From assembly GCA_963717505.1 (NCBI GenBank), contig OY970342.1, positions 832,001 through 896,000 of the forward strand: a DNA stretch of 64,000 bases. Direction: 5' to 3'. How positions within the stretch are numbered: position 1 is the first letter of the stretch; every line of letters starts with the position of its first letter. The translations under genes and the position numbers were made by a program. The notes below the pieces were generated by a model, which was given only the letters and a program-made list of their open reading frames with translations, made no database searches and was not told the origin of the DNA. This DNA is from Candidatus Eiseniibacteriota bacterium (GTDB lineage: Bacteria > Eisenbacteria > RBG-16-71-46). This document shows positions 51,471 to 59,800 of this stretch, one piece after another.

Positions 51471-53308
51471 AGAAGAAGGTCAACTACGCCTCGGCATGGT
51501 CCGAGGCGCAGGACTTGGTCTGGCGCAATCGGAGCCGCCTGGCGGTCGGCCTCGCGCTCATGCTGGTCAGCCGGCTGTCGGGCCTGGTGCTGCCGGCCAC
51601 CACCAAGATCCTGATCGACGACGTCATCGGCCACCGGCGCATGGATCTGCTCACCCCGATCGCGCTCGCCGCCGCCGGCGCCACCCTGCTCCAAGCGGTG
51701 ACCTCCTTCGTGCTTTCGCAGCTGCTCGGGGTCGCCGCCCAGCGCGCGATCACCGAGATGCGCAAGAGCGTCATGGAACACATCACCCGGTTGCCGGTCC
51801 GCTTCTTCGACTCGACCCAGAGCGGCATCCTGATCTCGCGCATCATGTCGGACGCCGAAGGCATCCGGAACCTGGTGGGCACCGGGCTGGTCCAGCTCAC
51901 CGGCGGAATCGTGACCGGCGTCGCCGCACTCGCGGTGCTCCTGTGGCTCAACTGGAAGTTGACCCTGACCAACCTCGCGATCCTCGGCCTGTTCGCCGTC
52001 TACATGTTCTGGGCGTTCCGCACGCTGCGGCCGCAGTTCCGCGAGCGCGGCAAGATCAACGCCGAAGTGACCGGCCGGCTGGCAGAGACTCTGGGCGGCA
52101 TCCGGATCGTCAAGGGCTACACCGCCGAGCGGCGCGAGCAACTGACATTCGCGCGCGGCGCCCACCGGCTGTTTCGCAACATCGCGCACACCATGACCGG
52201 CGTGTCGCTCTTTGGCTCGCTCTCCGGCGTGGTGGTCGGCGTGGTCGGGCTGATCATGATGATCATGGGCGGACGCGCGATCCTGGCCGGCGAGATGACC
52301 CTCGGCTCGTTCATCATGTACGCCACCTTCACCGGATTGCTGGCACAGCCTCTGATGGAGCTGGCTTCGATCGGCACCCAGATCACCGAGGCGTTCGCGG
52401 GTCTCGATCGCATCCGCGAGATCCGCCAGACCGCAACCGAGCTGGACGATGACGGCGAGCGTCAGCGCCCGGGAACGCTGCGCGGGGATGTCGCGTTCGA
52501 GAACGTGACCTTCGAGTACGTCTCCGGAACTCCAGTGCTCAAGAACGTGACGTTCCGCGCTCCGGCCGGCACCACGACCGCGCTGGTCGGCTCGAGCGGC
52601 TCGGGCAAGAGCACGCTGACCAGCCTGATCCTGGCGTTCAACCGGCCGCAGTCCGGGCGCGTGCTGGTCGACGGGCGCGACTTGACCACGTTGCGCCTGG
52701 GCGAGTACCGCGCCCAACTCGGCGTGGTGCTCCAGGACAACTTCCTGTTCGACGGCACCGTCGCCGAGAACATGGCGTTCTCGCGTCCGGGTGCGAGTCG
52801 CGCCGACATCGAGCGGGCCTCGGCGATCGCCCACTGCGACGAATTCGTCCGCCGGTTCGAGAAGGGTTTCGACCAGATCGTCGGCGAGCGCGGGGTCAAG
52901 CTCTCGGGCGGCCAGCGCCAGCGGGTCGCGATCGCGCGCGCCATCCTGGCCGACCCGCGCATCCTGATCCTCGACGAGGCGACTTCGAGCCTCGACAGCG
53001 AGAGCGAGGCGATGATCCAGGACGGGCTGCGCGCCCTGATGAAAGGGCGGACCACGTTCGTGATCGCTCACCGGCTGTCGACCATCGTCCACTCGAACCA
53101 GATCCTGGTGCTCGAGGCCGGCGAGATCGTCGAGCGCGGGACGCACCCCGAGCTGCTGGCCCGTGCCGGGCGCTACCGGGAACTGTACGAACGCCAGTAC
53201 GGGATCGAGACCAACCGGTTCATCAATCCGGGCGAGGATTTCACCCCGGAACTGGTGGTTCCGACGGCGGTCAGCGAGCGGGACGAGGTGGCGCCCCCGC
53301 GAGGGTAG
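51467..53308 (+). CDS. ABC exporter, fused TMD-NBD (MsbA-like)
   Basis: GSSGSGKS, LSGGQRQR, ILDEATSSLD, IAHRLST. GTG start overlaps the upstream TGA. Confidence 0.93.
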   Translation: MKKKVNYASAWSEAQDLVWRNRSRLAVGLALMLVSRLSGLVLPATTKILIDDVIGHRRMDLLTPIALAAAGATLLQAVTSFVLSQLLGVAAQRAITEMRKSVMEHITRLPVRFFDSTQSGILISRIMSDAEGIRNLVGTGLVQLTGGIVTGVAALAVLLWLNWKLTLTNLAILGLFAVYMFWAFRTLRPQFRERGKINAEVTGRLAETLGGIRIVKGYTAERREQLTFARGAHRLFRNIAHTMTGVSLFGSLSGVVVGVVGLIMMIMGGRAILAGEMTLGSFIMYATFTGLLAQPLMELASIGTQITEAFAGLDRIREIRQTATELDDDGERQRPGTLRGDVAFENVTFEYVSGTPVLKNVTFRAPAGTTTALVGSSGSGKSTLTSLILAFNRPQSGRVLVDGRDLTTLRLGEYRAQLGVVLQDNFLFDGTVAENMAFSRPGASRADIERASAIAHCDEFVRRFEKGFDQIVGERGVKLSGGQRQRVAIARAILADPRILILDEATSSLDSESEAMIQDGLRALMKGRTTFVIAHRLSTIVHSNQILVLEAGEIVERGTHPELLARAGRYRELYERQYGIETNRFINPGEDFTPELVVPTAVSERDEVAPPRG

Positions 53309-53359
53309 GGCTACGATTCGGGCTCGAGTTCCCGCTACCTCCGAAGAAAGGATGCCGCC

Positions 53360-53887
53360 ATGAGCACGATGACCCTCAGCCCGCCGGCCGCCACCGAGCA
53401 CGATCCCTACTACGGCAAGTACATCAGCCTGGTCCCCGAGAAGGACATCCTGGTGGCACTCGAGACCCAGATCCAGGACGCGATGAAGCTGTTGCGCGGG
53501 ATTCCCGAAGCCAAGGCCGGCCACCGCTACGCGCCCGGCAAGTGGTCGATCCGCGAAGTGGTCGGCCACCTGCTCGACGCCGAGCGCGTGTTCGGCTATC
53601 GGGCGATGCGCTTTGCCCGCAACGACGCCACCGATCTGCCCGGGTTCGACGAGAACACGTACGTACCGGCGGGCGGATTCGAAGCGCGAACGCTGGCGGA
53701 CCTGGCGACCGAGTGGGAGCACCTCCGGCTCGCGAACCTGGGGATGTTCCGCGGGCTGCCGGCCGAAGCCTGGGACCGGCGCGGCAACGCGAACGCCGCT
53801 CCGATCACGGTGCGAGCACTCGCTTACATCATCGTCGGGCACGGCTACCACCACATGAAGCTGGTGCGAGAGCGCTACCTGGCCTGA
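53360..53887 (+). CDS. DinB/YfiT family protein
   Basis: RYAPGKWSIREVVGHLLDAERVF, LPGFDE, GHGYHH. Confidence 0.92.
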   Translation: MSTMTLSPPAATEHDPYYGKYISLVPEKDILVALETQIQDAMKLLRGIPEAKAGHRYAPGKWSIREVVGHLLDAERVFGYRAMRFARNDATDLPGFDENTYVPAGGFEARTLADLATEWEHLRLANLGMFRGLPAEAWDRRGNANAAPITVRALAYIIVGHGYHHMKLVRERYLA

Positions 53888-53939
53888 GCGGTCGAGGCCG
53901 CCCCCCACGGCCGCGCTACCCCGGCTGCCGTCCCGCATC

Positions 53940-56303
53940 ATGCCCGCGTCTCTCGAACGCATCGGCCCCTATCGCCTGATCGCCCCCATGGGCGAGGGCG
54001 GCATGGGCCTGGTCTACCGCGCCACGGACGAGCGCATCGGACGGACCGTCGCGCTCAAGGTCTTGACCGCCGCGCGGGTCGGCGACTTGCGGGCCAGCCG
54101 TCGCTTCCTCGACGAGGCGCGCGCCATCGGCTCGCTCGATCACCCGCACGTCTGCACGCTCTACGAGTACGGCGAAGACGGCGACCGCGCCTACCTGGCG
54201 ATGCAGCTGGTCGAGGGCGAAACCCTGGGCGCCGCCATCGGCCGGGGTCCGCTGGAGGAATCGCGCGTGCGCGAGATTCTGGTGGCGCTCGCATCGGCCC
54301 TCGATGCGGCGCACGCGGTCGGCATCCTGCACCGCGACGTCAAGAGCGACAACGTCCTGCTCGGCCCGCGAGGCGAGATCAAGCTCGCCGACTTCGGGCT
54401 CGCGCGCATCTCCGAGGTGGGCGGAGTCACGTCGACGGGCGCGCTGGTCGGCACGCCGGCCTACTTCGCACCCGAAGTCCTGCGCGGCGAATCCGCGACC
54501 CCGGCGTCGGATCAGTTCTCGCTCGGAGTCGTGGCCTACGAAGCCCTGACCGGCGTCCGTCCGTTCGCCGGCGCCGATCCGTTGTCGCTGATGTACGCGA
54601 TCGTCAACACCTTTCCCGACCCGCCCACGCGTCGACGCCCCGGGATCGATCCCGTCTGGAACGAGATCCTGGCGCGGGCGCTCGCCAAGGACGCCGAGCA
54701 GCGCTTCGAGAACGTGCGCGCGTTCGGCGAGGCGGTGCGCACGCTGTCGGCGCGCACCCAGGCCGCCACACCTGCGTCCGGCCCTGCGATCTCATCGATT
54801 TCAGGGCCGCGCTCGGTCGCGGTGCTGTTCTTCGAGAACCAGGCGCCGGACCCCGACAACGACTACTTCTGCGACGGCATCACCGAAGACATCCTGGCCG
54901 ACCTGGCGAAGCTGCCCGGCCTGGCGGTGGCTTCGCGAAACGCCGTGCTGCGCTACCGGGGGCGCGCAATCGACGCGCGCCAGGTCGCCGCCGAACTCGG
55001 GGTCGAGGCCGTCGTCCAGGGCCGGGTGCGCCGGGTCGGCGACCGCGTGCGGATCACCGCCGAGCTGACCGATCCGCGCAGCGACTTCCAGATGTGGTCC
55101 GAGCGCTACGATCGGCAACTCGACGACGTGTTCGCGGTTCAGGAGGAGATCGCGCAGTCGATTGCCAACGCCCTCGGCTCGCGCCTGTCCTCGGCCGTGG
55201 CGCGCGAGCTGCGCAGCACGCGCCCACGCCAGGTGGAGGCCTACGACCTATACCTCAAGGGGCGCGAACGCTACCGTCGCTACACGCAAGCCGACGTTCG
55301 TGAAGCGCTCGCGTGCTTCGAACAGGCGGTGACCCTGGACCCCGGCTACGCTCTGGCCTGGGCGGGAATCGCTGACTGCTGCGCCCAGATGCTCGATCGC
55401 GGCTGGGATCTGGATCCGAACTGGAGAAGCCGCGGCCTCGAGGCGGCGCGGCGCGCGATCGAGCTGGATCCCCGGCGGCCGGAGGGTCACAAGGCGCGCG
55501 CGGTGCTCTGGCAGATCGCGCGCCAGCCCGGACCGGCGATCGAAGCACTCGAGCGCGCGCTGGCGTGCGACGCGCGCTACATTCCGGCGCTGATCAACCT
55601 GGCCTACGAACATTTGAGCGGCGGAGATTTTGCGGCGGCTGAACAGATGCTCAGGCGTGCCGTACTTTCCGATCCGGCGTACGGTCTGGGACACCTGATG
55701 CTGGCGGCGCTGTTCATCTACACCCGTCGTTACCGCGAGGCGATCGCCGCCTGCCATCGCGCGCAGATCGCGGGCGAGAGTCCGTTCCACGCGAGCCATG
55801 CCTATGCGATGCGCTCTCAGGCCCTGGTGGCGCTCGGTGACAACACCGCGGCGCGCGCCGAAATCGAAGGCGGGCGGGCGGCCGGGCTGTCGCCGCGCAT
55901 GCTCAACGCCGCCGAAGCGTTGCTCGAGGCTCACGGCGGCGATGTCGAGCGCGCCCGCTGGCTGCTGGAGAACCTCGACCGGGAGCCACCGGGTGAGTCC
56001 TACGGCTGCGAAATCGCCGCGGCGGCGGCCGGTTGTCTGGGTGACGCCGCGCTCTCCGCGCGCATGTTGGCGGCCGCCGAGCGCATCGACCAGCGACATT
56101 GGCCGTCGTGGCGGCTGAGCCCCGATCTTGCGCGTGTGCGGGACTCCGGGGAGTTCCGCTCGATCATCGGGGACCGCGGCCGGCGCATGGTATGGCCGAT
56201 CGAGGCGCCACTCTTGTCGGACGACGATCGCCGGCAGTTCGACGACGTTTCGTCGGCGAGCGGACGGGTGGATTCGGCAACGATGCCGGCTTCCGACGGA
56301 TGA
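53940..56303 (+). CDS. Ser/Thr kinase with TolB-N-like and TPR domains
   Basis: GEGGMG, VALK, HRDVKSDN, DFG, APE; 'SVAVLFFEN...YFCDGITEDI'; 'EAYDLYLKG' and TPRs. Confidence 0.93.
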   Translation: MPASLERIGPYRLIAPMGEGGMGLVYRATDERIGRTVALKVLTAARVGDLRASRRFLDEARAIGSLDHPHVCTLYEYGEDGDRAYLAMQLVEGETLGAAIGRGPLEESRVREILVALASALDAAHAVGILHRDVKSDNVLLGPRGEIKLADFGLARISEVGGVTSTGALVGTPAYFAPEVLRGESATPASDQFSLGVVAYEALTGVRPFAGADPLSLMYAIVNTFPDPPTRRRPGIDPVWNEILARALAKDAEQRFENVRAFGEAVRTLSARTQAATPASGPAISSISGPRSVAVLFFENQAPDPDNDYFCDGITEDILADLAKLPGLAVASRNAVLRYRGRAIDARQVAAELGVEAVVQGRVRRVGDRVRITAELTDPRSDFQMWSERYDRQLDDVFAVQEEIAQSIANALGSRLSSAVARELRSTRPRQVEAYDLYLKGRERYRRYTQADVREALACFEQAVTLDPGYALAWAGIADCCAQMLDRGWDLDPNWRSRGLEAARRAIELDPRRPEGHKARAVLWQIARQPGPAIEALERALACDARYIPALINLAYEHLSGGDFAAAEQMLRRAVLSDPAYGLGHLMLAALFIYTRRYREAIAACHRAQIAGESPFHASHAYAMRSQALVALGDNTAARAEIEGGRAAGLSPRMLNAAEALLEAHGGDVERARWLLENLDREPPGESYGCEIAAAAAGCLGDAALSARMLAAAERIDQRHWPSWRLSPDLARVRDSGEFRSIIGDRGRRMVWPIEAPLLSDDDRRQFDDVSSASGRVDSATMPASDG

Positions 56304-56320
56304 CATGTGCACATTTTCAG

Positions 56321-56350
56321 TTGCACGATGACGCCGGTTGTGGCTAGTGT
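56321..56350 (+). promoter_or_regulatory. Sigma70-like promoter of the basic-protein gene
   Basis: TTGCAC-N18-TAGTGT, preceded by the palindrome ATGTGCACAT (56305-56314). Confidence 0.5.
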
Positions 56351-56418
56351 GGCGTTGAACCGCACGACGCAACAACGCGCGTGCGGCCGTGTCCCTTCAG
56401 CAGGAGGCAGGAGGACGC

Positions 56419-56697
56419 ATGAAGCGAGCACGTAGGAAAGCCGGCCGCAAGGTCAAGAGGGCGAAGCGGAAGGCAGGCCGGAAGGTTCGCCGCGGCAAGA
56501 AGAAGGCTGGACGCAAGGTCCGCCGTGCGAAGCGGAAGGTTGGACGCAAGGTCCGCCGAGTACGCCGCAAGGTCCGCCGCGCGAAGCGGAAGGTTGTGCG
56601 CAAGGTCCGTCGTGTGCGCCGCAAGGTCCGCCGCGCCGTGCGCCGTCGCGTCGCCAAGAAGTTGATGGAAGGCGGCGATATGCCGCCGATGATGTAA
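56419..56697 (+). CDS. Protamine/histone-like Arg/Lys-rich protein, 92 aa
   Basis: Tandem AGGAGG RBS; 52 of 92 residues are R/K; xRKVRR repeats. Confidence 0.85.
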   Translation: MKRARRKAGRKVKRAKRKAGRKVRRGKKKAGRKVRRAKRKVGRKVRRVRRKVRRAKRKVVRKVRRVRRKVRRAVRRRVAKKLMEGGDMPPMM

Positions 56698-56730
56698 CCG
56701 GCGATCCGAACCAACGCTGCCTGAAGCATC

Positions 56731-56757
56731 GCGGGCGGGCCTAACGGACCCGCCCGC
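56731..56757. terminator. GC-rich hairpin between convergent genes
   Basis: GCGGGCGGG-N9-CCCGCCCGC. Confidence 0.6.
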
Positions 56758-56820
56758 AGGCGTTTGTCGTCGATGGGCCGCGTGCGGATTGAGGACTCGG
56801 CAGCGGCCCGGCTCGCCCGA

Positions 56821-59800
56821 TTATCGAATCAAGACGAAGCGCCGGGTGACCGCTGCCCGCCCGACTCGGAGCTGGGCAAAGTAGATCCCCGCCGGCGCCG
56901 GGCCGCCGGCGCTCGAACGTCCGTCCCACCGAATCTCGTGCACGCCTGCCGCCCACGTCGCGCCGCGGGCGAGTTGATGCATCCGTCGGCCAGCCACGTC
57001 CACGATGTCCAGCCGCACTTCTGCGGCGGATGGGATTTCGAATGCGAACGTGATGGCTCCGCGCGAAGGGTTGGGCCACGGCGCCGCAAACCGCATCGCA
57101 TTCCGCGGCAGCCTTTCGCCGACCGCCAGCGGGCTCGGCGCCGACGTGCCGAACAGGTGCATCGCGTAAATGTCGGGATCGGTGCCGCGCCCGTCGCTCC
57201 AGGTGACGACCGCTCCACCGGAGCCATCGGTGGTCAGAACCACGCCGGACTGCGATCCGTCGGCGACGCTCACCTCCAAACCGTCGAGCGGATACCGGGA
57301 ATCGAGCAGGCCGTTCCCCTGGACGCCCATGGCATAAATGTCGGCGCCCGCGCCGTTGCGGTCGTCTTCCCAGAACACCACCACCCCGCCCTGGGCGTCG
57401 CTCACCACCTGCGGATTCATCTGATCGGCGACCGCGTGGGTTAGCGCGACTCCGTCCACGGGCCACTGCGCGTCGACCGTCCCCGTGCCCCGCACGCGCA
57501 TGGCGAAGAGGTCGGTGGCGTTGTTGCCGGGGCGCAGGTCCTCCCATGCGACGACCGCTCCGCCAACACCGTCGGAGGCGAGACGCGGCGTGTTCTGATC
57601 CCCTGCCGCCTGCACCACCGCGACTCCCGAGAAACCCCACGCCTGCGGCGTCCGATCCGAACACTTCTGCGCGTAGACGTCGCGGGTGCCTAGGCGCGCG
57701 TCCCGCCAGGCGAAGATCGCGCCGCCGACGCCATCGCTCACGCCCGACACCTGATCCTGGTCGTTGCCCTGCGACATGATCGAGCTGCCGCCCGCCGTCC
57801 AACCGGTGACCAGCGTGCCGGTGCTGTCGACGTGCACGCCATAGATGTCCGCGTTGGCGCCGCGGACGTCGACCCAGGCGACGTATGCGCCACCCGAGCC
57901 GTCCTCGATCACCACCGGCCGGGTCTGGTTGCCGTTGACGTTGCAAAGGGTCAGGCCGCCGGCGCCCCACAATAGCGTGCCGTTGTCGCGCACGCGCTGC
58001 GCCACGATGTCCTGGCCGGTCACACCTCCGGCCTGTTCCCACGCCACGATCGCGCCACCCAGACCGTCGACCGCGATCGCCGGGTTCGAGTTATTGCCGC
58101 CCGGGGCGTGCAACGGGAGTCCACCCGCGGGCCAACCCTGGAAGAGCACCGAGTTTTCCCGGATGTGTTGCGCGCGCACGTCGCTACCGACGCCTACGAC
58201 CTCGGTCCACGCCACGATCGCGCCCCCGAGCCCGTCCGAGACGGCGACCGGCGTGAACTGGTTGTTGGCTGAAGGCGCGAGCTGATTCCCGTTACCCGCC
58301 CAGTCGGGATCGACATCTCCCGACTCGAGAATCTTGATGCCGGTCACCAGCGCATGACCGGGCCCGTGCAACCCAGGACCCCGGCCGGGCGACGAACCGG
58401 GCTCAGGATTGCCGTAGTCTTCCCACACGATGATCGCACCACCCTGCGAATTGCTGACCACCGCCGGTCGCTGTTGAACACCGAGCGGCGTGGCCGCTGG
58501 CACGCCGTTCAGCTGCCACTGGCCGGGCGGCGGCGAGGCCACGAACCCGTCGTACCGGATGCGCTGCACGCGCAAATTGGTTTCGCCGTCGACCAGCCAG
58601 CCGACGATCGCACCACCGTTGCCGTCGGAGGCCAGCCAAGGCGCGACCACATCCGGCTGAAGCGGTGTGGTGACCGACGTGCCTCCCGCCGTCCAGCCGT
58701 CGGCCGTGTTGCCGCTCGCGTCGATGCGCACCGTGTAGAAGCCTTCCTGATCGACCCAGCTCACGAGGGCGCCGCCGGATCCGTCTGGCACCACACGCGG
58801 CGCGGCGGGGTCTGCGACCGTGCTCATGAGTTGAACCCCGGTTGAGCCCCAGCGCCTGGTGCCCCCCGGACCGATGCGCTGGACGAACAGGTCGCCGCCA
58901 TCCCTCCAGGCGATCAGCAAACCGCCGGTGCCATCCGCCACCAAGTCCCACTCGCCCGTCGTGCCGGCAGCGAGCTCGACGCCATCGGACGCCCATAGAG
59001 GAGTTCCAAGCGAGTCCACGCGCTGGCCATACAGCCTTCCGATGGGTCCGCCGGCACGCCGGTCGTTCCAGACCACGATCGCTCCGCCGCGTTCGTCGGT
59101 GACCATCCCGGGGCTTCTCTGTTCGCTGTTCTCCGTGCACAACGCGACCCCGCCCGACGTCCACAACGCGTTGCCGGTCGCATTCATGCGCCGAATGTAA
59201 ATGTCGCCCTCGGCGCCTCCCGGCCGGTTGTCTCTCCAGGCCACGATCAAGCCGCCGCGCCCGTCGCTGGTTGCAGCCGGATCGAGCTGCTCGCCGGTCG
59301 CGGTCGAAACGCCGATGCCACGCGAGCTCCAGCCGCTCGCCACCGACCCTGACGCCAGAATCCGCGAGGCGTAGATGTTCGAGTTGCCGTCGATCGTGTC
59401 GCTCCAGGCCACGAACGCGCCGCCGTCGCCGGCCGCTACGACCGGGAAGTCGCCGGCGCGGACGGCGGCCGGGCCGATCGCGACGCCATTGTTCGTCCAC
59501 TGCGGCTGCCCGGTTCCGCTCAGGCGCTGGGCAAAGATCGACTGCGTGGTCCCGCGCGCGTCGGACCAGGCCGAGATGAAGCCGCCGGTGCCGTCGGCCA
59601 CCACGCTCGGCTTGGGAACGATGTAGCTATTCGGCACCTGCACGATGTTGAGGGACTGCCGGTCGATCGCGTTGGCCACGACCGTGCCCCCGGGATACCA
59701 GCCGGGAGCGAAGCGCCCGTCAGGGCCCACGCGCGTGCCGTGCAGGTCGACATTGTTGTCCGCCGTCTGCCAGACGATGACCGCTCCGCCCGCGCCGTCG

